Below the pieces are notes generated by a model that did no database searches, was not told where the DNA came from, and saw nothing but the letters and a program-made list of their open reading frames with translations. From a bacterium (GTDB lineage: Bacteria; Patescibacteriota; JABMPQ01; JAUVWW01), in contig JAUVWW010000002.1 in assembly GCA_030603885.1 (NCBI GenBank), forward strand, positions 21,991 to 85,990: DNA of 64,000 nucleotides, written 5' to 3'. Both the position numbers and the translations under genes were made by a program. Shown here one piece after another: positions 48,005 through 56,628 of the stretch (within the stretch, counting starts at the first letter, position 1; each line of letters starts with the position of its first letter).

Positions 48005-49837
48005 ATGTGTGGTATTATTGGTTACATTGGAAAAAGAGATGCTACCCCGATTATTGTTGAGGGATTAAGACGTTTAGAATACCGTGGTTATGATTCGGCA
48101 GGTATTTGTGTTGCAGGAAAAAAGGAAATAGACTGTCTTAAAGTTCAGGGAAAGATCAAAGACCTTGAAAAGAAGGTTCGAAAGGCAAGTCTTCTAAGAG
48201 GAAAACTGGCTTTAGGTCATACCCGCTGGGCAACCCATGGAGAACCGTCTGAATTGAATGCTCACCCCCATTGGGATTGTAAAAAGGAGATTATGGTAGT
48301 GCACAATGGCATTGTTGAAAATTATCGATCTTTAAAGAAGAAATTAGAAGCTGAAGGTCATAAATTTATTTCAGAGACTGATACTGAGGTTTTAGCTCAT
48401 TTAATTGAAAAATATTACCAAGGTGATTTAAAAGAAGCAGTGCGTTTGGCTCTTTTGCAGGTAGAAGGTACCTATGGTATTGGGGTTTTGTCTTCTTTGG
48501 AGCCAGATAAAATTATAGCGGCTAGAATGGGAAGTCCTTTGGTTGTTGGGGTGGGCAAGGATGAGTATTTTATTGCCTCAGACGTGTCCCCCTTGCTAGC
48601 CCATACTAAAAAAGTTATTTATCTTGATGATGGAGATATGGTGGTTTTGAGTAAAAAAGGTTACCAGACTCTAGATATAAAGAATCATACAATTAAAAAG
48701 AAAGTTGAAGAAATTTCTTGGACTCAAGATCAGGCAGAAAAATCAGGATTTCCTCATTTTATGTTAAAAGAGATTTTCCAGCAGCCAGAATCGACAAGGA
48801 ATGCGATGCGGGGCCGTCTACTTCTAAAGGAAGCAACGGCTAAGTTAGGCGGTCTTAATATCTCAGAAAAAGAGCTGGATAATATTAAAAAGATCATTAT
48901 TATTGCTTGTGGCACTTCTTATTATGCTGGTTTGATTGGAGAATATCTCTTAGAAGATCTAGCCCGCATTGCCTGTGAAGTGGAATATGCTTCAGAATTT
49001 AGATATAGAAAGCCAGTTTTAGATAAAAATACTCTAGTCATTGCCATTTCTCAATCTGGGGAAACAGCTGATACCCTAGCCGCCGTCAAAGAGGCAAAGA
49101 AAAAGAAAGCCAAAACTTTGGGAATTGTTAATGTGGTAGGTTCAAGCATTGCCCGAGAAGTTTTGGGAGGAGTCTATATTCATGCTGGGCCAGAAATTGG
49201 AGTAGCTTCCACCAAAGCTTTTACTGGACAAGTGACCACCCTAGCTCTATTGGCTATTCTTTTGGGGGGGAGAAGGAAGACTATTTCAGAAGAAAGGGCC
49301 AGAGAACTTACCTCTAGCTTGGATCGTATTCCCCTGCAGATTCAAAATATCCTAGATCAATCAGATAAGATTAAAGAGATTGCCAAGATTTACAAAGATC
49401 ATAAAAATTTCTTGTTTTTGGGTCGAGGTTATAATTTACCAGTGGCTTTGGAAGGGGCTTTAAAATTAAAAGAGATATCCTATATTCATGCTGAGGGTTA
49501 TCCGGCGGCAGAGATGAAACACGGTCCTATTGCTTTAATAGACAAAAACATGCCCGTAGTTTTCATTGCTACTAAAGATGATGTTTATAATAAAGTAATG
49601 TCCAATATTGAAGAGGTTAAGGCAAGAGGAGGAAGAGTTTTAGCTTTAGCTACAGAAGGAGATAAAGAGATTAAAAAGAAAGCCAATCATGTTATTTATC
49701 TACCCAAGACTTTACAAGCTCTAACTCCGCTTTTAGCGGTTGTACCTTTGCAACTTTTGGCTTATTATATTGCCGTTTTAAGAGGCTGTTCGGTCGACCA
49801 GCCGAGGCATTTGGCTAAGTCAGTGACTGTGGAGTAA
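48005..49837 (+). CDS. glmS: glutamine--fructose-6-phosphate aminotransferase
   Basis: MCGIIGYIG N-terminal nucleophile, two SIS domains, C-terminal ..SVTVE. Confidence 0.9.
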   Translation: MCGIIGYIGKRDATPIIVEGLRRLEYRGYDSAGICVAGKKEIDCLKVQGKIKDLEKKVRKASLLRGKLALGHTRWATHGEPSELNAHPHWDCKKEIMVVHNGIVENYRSLKKKLEAEGHKFISETDTEVLAHLIEKYYQGDLKEAVRLALLQVEGTYGIGVLSSLEPDKIIAARMGSPLVVGVGKDEYFIASDVSPLLAHTKKVIYLDDGDMVVLSKKGYQTLDIKNHTIKKKVEEISWTQDQAEKSGFPHFMLKEIFQQPESTRNAMRGRLLLKEATAKLGGLNISEKELDNIKKIIIIACGTSYYAGLIGEYLLEDLARIACEVEYASEFRYRKPVLDKNTLVIAISQSGETADTLAAVKEAKKKKAKTLGIVNVVGSSIAREVLGGVYIHAGPEIGVASTKAFTGQVTTLALLAILLGGRRKTISEERARELTSSLDRIPLQIQNILDQSDKIKEIAKIYKDHKNFLFLGRGYNLPVALEGALKLKEISYIHAEGYPAAEMKHGPIALIDKNMPVVFIATKDDVYNKVMSNIEEVKARGGRVLALATEGDKEIKKKANHVIYLPKTLQALTPLLAVVPLQLLAYYIAVLRGCSVDQPRHLAKSVTVE

Positions 49838-49889
49838 TTAGGTTTGGCTAATCAAGGATATATTTCTAATACTTATAAATAAAAAGAGA

Positions 49890-50315
49890 ATGAAAATAAG
49901 AAGAATTAAAGAAGAAGATTTCAAAAAAGGATTTTTAGAAACCCTTTCCAATTTAAGTTCAGTTAGTCTAACTTCCAAAAAGGCAGAAAGAATTTACAAA
50001 AAGCAGATTAAAGATAACCCGGTCTATAATATGTTTGTGGCCGAATTAGAAAATGAGGTTGTGGGAGTGATAACTTTATTGATGGAACAGAAATTTATCC
50101 ATTCAGGAGGAAAAGTTGGCCATATAGAAGATGTAGTGGCAAGAAAAGGTTTTCAAGGAAAGGGAATTGGTAGTGCTTTGGTTAAGAGAGCTATAGCCGA
50201 GGCCAAAAAACAAGACTGCTATAAAGTAATTTTAGACTGCAGCCAGGAAAATATTCCCTTTTATAAAAAATTCGGATTTAAGGTAAGGGAGACCGAGATG
50301 AGATTGGACTTGTAG
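49890..50315 (+). CDS. GNAT family N-acetyltransferase (glucosamine-6-phosphate N-acetyltransferase-like)
   Basis: R/Q-x-x-G-x-G/A motif (FQGKGIGSALV). It is adjacent to glmS. Confidence 0.6.
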   Translation: MKIRRIKEEDFKKGFLETLSNLSSVSLTSKKAERIYKKQIKDNPVYNMFVAELENEVVGVITLLMEQKFIHSGGKVGHIEDVVARKGFQGKGIGSALVKRAIAEAKKQDCYKVILDCSQENIPFYKKFGFKVRETEMRLDL

Positions 50316-50331
50316 TTTTTAAGCAAACGCT

Positions 50332-51063
50332 ATGGCAAAAATAAGATACGAAGAATTGTTAACTTCTGATTTTAAAAAGATCAGAAATAGAAAACCCATT
50401 ATCTTTCTTCCTTTAGGTACTTTAGAATGGCATAGTGATCATTTGCCTTTGGGTATGGATGCCATGGCAGCCCATGAGATATGTCAAAGATTAGCTAAGA
50501 AAATAGGAGGGATGGTTATTCCACCTCTATATTTTGGAACTGACCGGGCTCACAGAGTAAAAGGTAAGATTTTTTATGGCATGGATCGTAGGGCAGGCTA
50601 TCACTTGCCAGGCAGTATTTATTATCTTAAGCCGAATCTTCTTTATAGATTGCTTTTGAATATTTTTTCGCAGATAGAAAGACAGGATTTTAAGCTTTTA
50701 GTAGTCATTACTGGCCACTATGGTCGTAAACAAATAGAAATTTTAGAAAAAGCAGCAAAAAATTATAAAGGTAAGATAAAGATTTATGCTGCCAATATGC
50801 GCCAGTTATTCAAGAAGACACTTAGCCAAGACCAAACTGGTCATGCTGGAACAGGTGAAACCTCGTTGTTTTTGGCTCTAAGACCCGAACTAGTACATAT
50901 GGAGAAATTAAAAAAAGATTTAAGCAAACCTATTGAAATTCTGAGAGATGATCCGCGAGGTAGAGCCTCAAAGAAATTAGGAAAGAAAATATTAAAATCT
51001 ATTATGAATAAGGTTTCGACTGATATATTAAAAATAACTAAAAAATTTCCATGTTCTACGTAA
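50332..51063 (+). CDS. creatininase family amidohydrolase
   Basis: ..IIFLPLGTLEWHSDHLPLGMDA.. ...ITGHYG.. motifs. Confidence 0.55.
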   Translation: MAKIRYEELLTSDFKKIRNRKPIIFLPLGTLEWHSDHLPLGMDAMAAHEICQRLAKKIGGMVIPPLYFGTDRAHRVKGKIFYGMDRRAGYHLPGSIYYLKPNLLYRLLLNIFSQIERQDFKLLVVITGHYGRKQIEILEKAAKNYKGKIKIYAANMRQLFKKTLSQDQTGHAGTGETSLFLALRPELVHMEKLKKDLSKPIEILRDDPRGRASKKLGKKILKSIMNKVSTDILKITKKFPCST

Positions 51064-51881
51064 TCAAAACCACAGGAAAAAGAGAGCCGTTTCAGCCAGA
51101 GAAAATTGAGAGGACTTGTATTAGAGCTGGAGCATCTAAGGCTTTGGCTAAGAAGATTATTCGAGAAGTAGAAAAGAAGGCTTTTGATGGCATTACCACA
51201 AGAGAGATTTTAAAGCTGACTACTTCACTTTTAGAAAAAGAAGCAGTTCACTTGGCAGCTCGATATAATCTAAAGAAAGCTGTTTTTATGCTTGGTCTAG
51301 CCGGCTATGCCTTTGAGGAATTCATGGCTGAGATTTTTAAAGCTCATGGCTATAAAGTCGAAGTTTCTCAGATGATTTCTGGAGCTTGTGTTGATCATGA
51401 AATAGACATTGTAGCTGAAAAAGGAGGAAAGAGATATATGGTGGAATGTAAATATCATTGGCATCCAGGTGTTTTTACTGGACTCAAAGAAGCCATGTAT
51501 ACTCAAGCTAGATTTGAAGATATTCAAGAAGGACATAAGCTAGGCAAATGTCAGAAATTTGATCAACCTTACTTGATAAACAATTTTTTGTTTTCCTCAC
51601 ATGCTATTCAATATGCTCGATGCAAAAAAATGAAACTTTTGGGTTGGGCTTATCCGCCAGATAAGGGCATTGAGATATTAATTGAGGATAAGAGGTTATA
51701 TCCCATAACTATTCTAAGAGGCATAGATACTTATACTCGAAGAAGGCTGACTGTAGCTGGGTTGATGATGTGTAAGGATTTAGTGGAAATGGATCTAGCC
51801 AAGCTTAAGCAGTTTACTGGTCTAGATGTTCCCAGGCTAAAGAAACTAGTTGCTCAGGTAAAGAGGATTTTGCATGATTGA
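51051..51881 (+). CDS. ATP-cone domain + Mrr-like restriction-endonuclease-fold domain protein
   Basis: N-terminal ATP-cone (MFYVIKTTGKREPFQPEKIERTCIRAG). Central Mrr_cat-like segment (FEEFMAEIFKAHGYKVEVSQ...DHEIDIVAEKGGKRYMVECKYH). Confidence 0.5.
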   Translation: MFYVIKTTGKREPFQPEKIERTCIRAGASKALAKKIIREVEKKAFDGITTREILKLTTSLLEKEAVHLAARYNLKKAVFMLGLAGYAFEEFMAEIFKAHGYKVEVSQMISGACVDHEIDIVAEKGGKRYMVECKYHWHPGVFTGLKEAMYTQARFEDIQEGHKLGKCQKFDQPYLINNFLFSSHAIQYARCKKMKLLGWAYPPDKGIEILIEDKRLYPITILRGIDTYTRRRLTVAGLMMCKDLVEMDLAKLKQFTGLDVPRLKKLVAQVKRILHD

Positions 51882-51928
51882 GTAGCTGATAACTGGCAAT
51901 GAGATATTAAAAATAAAAAGGAGGCCGT

Positions 51929-52303
51929 ATGAAAAAGGATAATCTTGCTTGGATGGGCCCTGTTGTGGCAGTAGTGGTGTTGTCGTTGGTCTTCATTTTT
52001 TCTGTTCTTGTTGTTTGTCAGAAAATGGAAAAAATGGCTAAGCACCTGGTCTATGTTGTCGAAGTTGAAAAGGGAGATCTTCTTTCAGAAAATGAGGCTC
52101 TAAAAGAACAAGTGGCAGGGCTTAAAGAACTGAAAAAAGAAAAACCAGAAAAGGTAAAGTCATCTAGTCCCTGGGTAACCGTTCTAACCATTTTTTCAAT
52201 TGTTATTGTTGTTTTGCTTATCTATGGTGTGATAGTCACTGATAAAAAACAACAGCTACAAGGGGAAATAAACACGATACGCGAAAAGTACAGAACACCC
52301 TAA
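51929..52303 (+). CDS. hypothetical membrane protein with coiled-coil segment
   Basis: GGAGG RBS. N-terminal and C-terminal TM helices flank a heptad-like LKEQVAGLKELKKEK. Confidence 0.45.
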   Translation: MKKDNLAWMGPVVAVVVLSLVFIFSVLVVCQKMEKMAKHLVYVVEVEKGDLLSENEALKEQVAGLKELKKEKPEKVKSSSPWVTVLTIFSIVIVVLLIYGVIVTDKKQQLQGEINTIREKYRTP

Positions 52304-52321
52304 GATGCAAATTTAACCCTA

Positions 52322-52351
52322 AAAGCCGGTGCTCCACCGGCTTTATTTTTT
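52322..52351 (+). terminator. rho-independent terminator (AAAGCCGGTG/CACCGGCTTT + T-run)
   Basis: Seen in sequence. Confidence 0.65.
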
Positions 52352-52424
52352 GATTACTTATTATAGTCAAAATAAAAAAAGGACTTTCAGAGAAAGCCCC
52401 ATCAAAGAACAAAATCTATTTTTA

Positions 52425-52508
52425 GGGTTAGTAAGGTGTAAAGAGTTTTGAGACGAAAGGAGGTGAAAAGGTGAGATCGCCCCACCTCCTGTTTGACCTT
52501 ACTAACCC
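52425..52508. repeat. long imperfect palindrome / candidate structured RNA (13-bp outer stem GGGTTAGTAAGGT/ACCTTACTAACCC enclosing AGGAGGT/ACCTCCT)
   Basis: Seen in sequence. It lies inside a 430-bp ORF-free, comparatively GC-rich spacer. Confidence 0.4.
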
Positions 52509-52750
52509 TTTTTTCTTTTCCCCAGGAACTTCTTGCCCTCCTTGATTTTCTTCTGGGGACCCCTCAGACAAAACAAAATCTCTCATATTCCCAATATCTT
52601 CTTTAAAAAAGGTCTAAGGGGCCCCTCTATATGAAGGATGTGAAATGAGTTGGGGGTCAAAACCCACCAACGATTTTAGTATATACCCATTAAAAAATAT
52701 GTCAAGTTAAGCTTGCAAAAAAGAGTGTTTTATTTTAGTGCAACTGTAAC

Positions 52751-52779
52751 TTGACAAGAATAAATACTTTTTGTAAGAT
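52751..52779 (+). promoter_or_regulatory. sigma70-like promoter (TTGACA-17-TAAGAT)
   Basis: Read directly. It is followed by an AAGGAGG RBS and ATG at 52811. Confidence 0.45.
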
Positions 52780-52810
52780 GTATTGTTCAGAATTTTATAA
52801 AGGAGGTTTT

Positions 52811-53095
52811 ATGAAAAAGTTGATTTTACCTAGGGAATTACTCTTGGGAGATATAATATATTTGACACTTGCAGATACTATCTGGCTTAGGCAAGGTGAT
52901 AAAGATACCCATTGTCTTGACCATTACTATGAAGAAGATTTTTCTGACTTTGCAAGATTTGTAGCCCAGACCCACAAATTCGGTATAAAGGAAATAGAGA
53001 CTCCCGGGGCAGAGGAAGCTTATCAGTTTGTGCAAATGGAGGAAGAAGAGGACGAAACTAAGGCTAAGGCAGAGGCTGAAGCTACTTTAGTATAA
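52811..53095 (+). CDS. hypothetical protein (94 aa, acidic C-terminus)
   Basis: Strong RBS. The ORF track start at 52751 coincides with the promoter -35 box, so I chose the internal Met. Confidence 0.45.
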   Translation: MKKLILPRELLLGDIIYLTLADTIWLRQGDKDTHCLDHYYEEDFSDFARFVAQTHKFGIKEIETPGAEEAYQFVQMEEEEDETKAKAEAEATLV

Positions 53096-53222
53096 AAACG
53101 GATTATAGGTTTAGGAGTCACATACCAAGTGGCTCCTTTTTAAATCCCACCAATACATGGTGAGGGTTGGAATGAGACACCTTAAAGTGTTATCTTAAAA
53201 TAAGAGCTGTGGGTAACTTTCC

Positions 53223-53251
53223 TTGACTTGTATATACAAATTGCATACAAT
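53223..53251 (+). promoter_or_regulatory. sigma70-like promoter (TTGACT-17-TACAAT)
   Basis: Read directly. The ORF-track start at 53223 is the TTG of the -35 box. Confidence 0.45.
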
Positions 53252-53267
53252 TATATGCAAAAGATAT

Positions 53268-53843
53268 ATGAAAATCCTCTTGTCTAAAAATAAAGCCTTA
53301 CTTCTTAGACTATTTTTTACTCATCCCGGACGAGCTTATTATATTCAGGAAATTGGTCGTATTTTAAAGAAAAAACCTGGTGTTTTTCAGCGTGATTTAA
53401 ATAACCTAGCCAAAGAGGGAATTCTTGAGAGTTTTTATAAAGTCAATGCTCGATATTTTAAAATTAATAAAGAATATCCTCTTTATAAACAATTGAAAGA
53501 GATTATTTCTAAAACAATAGGGATAGAGGGAAGTCTAAAAGAGGCACTTTCTAAGATAGAAGGTATTGAGAGTGCTTTTATTTTTGGATCCTATGCTAAA
53601 GGAGAAGAAAGAGCCATCTCAGATATTGATCTATTTATTATTGGTCATCCAGACGAAAATAAAGTTATTGAAAGTATAAGTAAACTAGAAAAGAAACTGG
53701 ATCGGGAAATCAATTATCATATTTATTCTGAAAAAGATCTAGAAAAAAAGATAAAAGAAAAAGATTCTTTTATAAAAAGAGTGCTTAAGGGACCAAAGAT
53801 AATGTTAATTGGAAAAGAAGATGAATTATCAAGATTTAATTGA
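53268..53843 (+). CDS. winged-HTH + minimal nucleotidyltransferase (MNT) domain protein
   Basis: N-terminal wHTH-like LLLRLFFTHPGRAYYIQEIGRIL. Pol-beta-type NTase motif GSYAKGEERAISDIDLFII. Confidence 0.6.
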   Translation: MKILLSKNKALLLRLFFTHPGRAYYIQEIGRILKKKPGVFQRDLNNLAKEGILESFYKVNARYFKINKEYPLYKQLKEIISKTIGIEGSLKEALSKIEGIESAFIFGSYAKGEERAISDIDLFIIGHPDENKVIESISKLEKKLDREINYHIYSEKDLEKKIKEKDSFIKRVLKGPKIMLIGKEDELSRFN

Positions 53844-53894
53844 GAAAAAATTCAGAAAGTTTTAGATAAAGTGAATAATTTATTAAAATGAATT

Positions 53895-54836
53895 TTGTAT
53901 AGGTTTGTTTCTATGAATACTAAAATAAATACAATCTATAAATCAATAATAAGTAATAAATTTAAAACAAAAATAATTAGAAAAAGGAATAGTAAACATG
54001 TGTTTGTTAATGCTGACTGCGAAGAGGTAATGAAGACTATTCCAGATAATAGTATTGATTTGATTATTACTGATCCACCCTATAATAAGTCTTTAGACTA
54101 TGGAAAGAGATTTAACGATCGGAAAACTAAAGAAGAATACTATAATTGGCTGAGGGCTAAATTAGTTGAGATACCGAGGATACTCAGCCCACGTGGAAGT
54201 CTTTATTTAATAGGTTACCCAGAAAAAAATGCTCGTCTTCTTCCATATTTAGAAGATGAACTAAAGTTGAAGTTTTGCAGATGGATTACTTGGCACTATC
54301 CTACTAATATTGGTCATTCAAGAAGAAATTTTACCCGTAGTCAAAGGTCTATACTTTTTTTTAGTAAAACTAATCGATATATTTTTAATCGGAAAAATTT
54401 AATCCAATCTTATAAAAATCCTACCGCAACAGTGATTCGCAAAAGATTAGCTAAGGGATATAGAGGAAGAACATCCTATGACTTATTACGATTTCTTGAT
54501 CTCATAGAACTACAGAAGGGATTAATTAATGTATTAGATATTAATCTTTTAAAAAATAATTCGAGGGACCGACTAAGAAATTTAAATAAAAAATTCCACC
54601 CACTTTCTAAAAAGGAATTAAAGAAAAAGGATCATCCTTGTCAATTACCACCAGCTTTAATAGAAATATTAATTAAGGTTAGTAGTAATAAAAATTATAT
54701 TGTCCTAGACCCGTTTGCAGGAACTTTTACTACTTCTGCTGCTGCCGAAAGATTAAAAAGAAATTCAGTAGGCGTTGAAATAAATAAGAAATTTTTAAAT
54801 TTCGGATTAAAAAGATTAAAAAATGAGAAAGTATAA
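53895..54836 (+). CDS. site-specific DNA methyltransferase, beta-class (N6-adenine or N4-cytosine)
   Basis: Motif IV DLIITDPPYN precedes motif I VLDPFAGTFTT (the beta-class order). A DHPCQLPPAL target-recognition/catalytic segment is present. Confidence 0.8.
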   Translation: MYRFVSMNTKINTIYKSIISNKFKTKIIRKRNSKHVFVNADCEEVMKTIPDNSIDLIITDPPYNKSLDYGKRFNDRKTKEEYYNWLRAKLVEIPRILSPRGSLYLIGYPEKNARLLPYLEDELKLKFCRWITWHYPTNIGHSRRNFTRSQRSILFFSKTNRYIFNRKNLIQSYKNPTATVIRKRLAKGYRGRTSYDLLRFLDLIELQKGLINVLDINLLKNNSRDRLRNLNKKFHPLSKKELKKKDHPCQLPPALIEILIKVSSNKNYIVLDPFAGTFTTSAAAERLKRNSVGVEINKKFLNFGLKRLKNEKV

Positions 54837-56562
54837 AATATCAGACCTAAAAGAAATATTTGAATTTGCTGGATTTTCAACATTTCACATAGAATTTCTT
54901 CTTTTTGACATTGTCAATAAGGAAAAACTATCCTATAAGGGCAAAAGAAAGAAAAAAGTGGCGACGGAGGGAGAATTAGATTTATTTGCATATTATGGGG
55001 ACGTAATATGGTTAATTGAATGGACAACAGAAAAAGGATTTAATACAAAAGACTTTGATAATTTTAAAACTAAAATAGAAAAATTAAATAGTGACAGAGA
55101 ACTACTTCGAAAATTAATTAATAAGCTAGAAGGAAAATTTAAAACAAAAATAGGATTAAACGCAGAAGAAGTAAAAGTGATTGGTCTTTATGTTAACCCC
55201 ACTTTTAATGAGGTTCAGGCGGAAACTCTTAAGGCAAGATTATTATCTACCCATAAGGATTTGATATATTTATGGGACTGTGAAACATTTGAATATTTTA
55301 AAATTGTATGTACTACCATTAGGGAATTTTCTAAATATGAACTTTTTACTCATTTTAATATTCTTCCAGAACTTGTATTTAATAAAATAGAACTAGAAGG
55401 AAGAAGGGGAGCTTCTCCTTACGAGGCTATTAAAATAAAAAAAGGTGTTTTTGGGTATCCCACCTATACCTTTAAAATATCACCTTTAATGCTTTTAGAA
55501 AGATGTTATGTGCTTAGGAATGAGAGTTGGAGAAGCGATAGTTTTCAAAGAATGGTTATTCCGCAAAAATTAGCCAATATAAGAGAGTATATAATCAAAA
55601 CTAAGAATACGTCGTTTGCAAACAACATTATTATTAGCCCTTCACCGGAAATTAATCCAAATGAGATAATTGAGGAAACAAAGAATGGAAAAATTCTAAT
55701 TCACTTACCATTTAGATTTAGTAGTTTTTGCATAATTGATGGACAACATAGATTATTAGCTTTTACTCAAGATTTTTATAGTAATTATAATAAAGAAGAA
55801 AAAGAAGAAGACAAAATATTAACAAGGCTGGCGCAAAAATCTGAAATTATAGTAACTCTTGTTAAGTTTTCTGGAAATAGAGATGAAATTTTACGGAAAC
55901 AAGCTATTCTTTTTAAGGATATAAACTCTACACAAACAAGAGTCAAAACCGATTTTATTTACAATTTACAAGAAATTATCGAACCCCTTCATTCAGAGTC
56001 TATTGCGAATAAGACAACAAAATATTTGAATAATTTAGAAGATGGAGTATTAAAAGATAAATTTGAGATAAAGTCCTTACCTTCTTATAAAGGAAGAATA
56101 AAAAGATCCTCTGTTGTTAGATGGGGGTTAAGTGAATTAGTAAATACAGAAAATACATTCTTCTTTTCAATTTATAAAAAGAAAGTGAGAAACTCTAAAG
56201 ATATTCCTATTTATGTTAAATTTTGTGGTGATAAATTAAATAAATATTTCTTTTGTATAAAAGAAGTATTTGAAAAAAAATACAAAAAAGAAATATGGGA
56301 TAATTGGAGAAAAACTGATTTCATGCTGTTATCTTCATCTAGTATTGTTGGTTTTCTCAGATTATACAGGCATTTTATTAAAACCAAATTAGTAAATGAT
56401 AAAAGTAAAATAAAAAGATATTTGAAAGCTATTAAAGTAAACTTCAAGAAAGATAAATATATCTATACTTCCAGCCAATGGGCAAAACTTGAAGAAAAAA
56501 TGTTTTGGAACATAAGGAAAAAATACTCTGATTTTGGAGATGAAGATTTAATAAAAAGATAA
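54823..56562 (+). CDS. DGQHR-domain (DndB-like, ParB/Srx-fold) protein with ~250-aa N-terminal extension
   Basis: FCIIDGQHRLLAF motif preceded by FQRMVIPQKLANIREYI (DndB-like core). The start overlaps the methyltransferase stop by 14 nt. Confidence 0.7.
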   Translation: MRKYKISDLKEIFEFAGFSTFHIEFLLFDIVNKEKLSYKGKRKKKVATEGELDLFAYYGDVIWLIEWTTEKGFNTKDFDNFKTKIEKLNSDRELLRKLINKLEGKFKTKIGLNAEEVKVIGLYVNPTFNEVQAETLKARLLSTHKDLIYLWDCETFEYFKIVCTTIREFSKYELFTHFNILPELVFNKIELEGRRGASPYEAIKIKKGVFGYPTYTFKISPLMLLERCYVLRNESWRSDSFQRMVIPQKLANIREYIIKTKNTSFANNIIISPSPEINPNEIIEETKNGKILIHLPFRFSSFCIIDGQHRLLAFTQDFYSNYNKEEKEEDKILTRLAQKSEIIVTLVKFSGNRDEILRKQAILFKDINSTQTRVKTDFIYNLQEIIEPLHSESIANKTTKYLNNLEDGVLKDKFEIKSLPSYKGRIKRSSVVRWGLSELVNTENTFFFSIYKKKVRNSKDIPIYVKFCGDKLNKYFFCIKEVFEKKYKKEIWDNWRKTDFMLLSSSSIVGFLRLYRHFIKTKLVNDKSKIKRYLKAIKVNFKKDKYIYTSSQWAKLEEKMFWNIRKKYSDFGDEDLIKR

Positions 56563-56598
56563 GGTCATGAAATAGTTCTAAATTGATCTAACAAAAGA

Positions 56599-56620
56599 CT
56601 AGAAAATTTAATTGAGTAAA
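56599..56620 (+). promoter_or_regulatory. recurrent intergenic motif CTAGAAAATTTAATTGAG (copy A)
   Basis: One of six or more near-identical copies lying 10-60 nt upstream of consecutive genes between 56.6 and 60.4 kb. Confidence 0.5.
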
Positions 56621-56628
56621 TAAAATTT

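Noticed and set aside
52370-52720. RNase P RNA / SRP RNA / 6S RNA in the structured spacer
   Set aside because: Consensus blocks recalled for these RNAs (for example GGAAAGTCCGGGC for RNase P P4; the SRP domain IV GGAA..AGCAG motif) were not found. Kept only as a generic structured-element finding.
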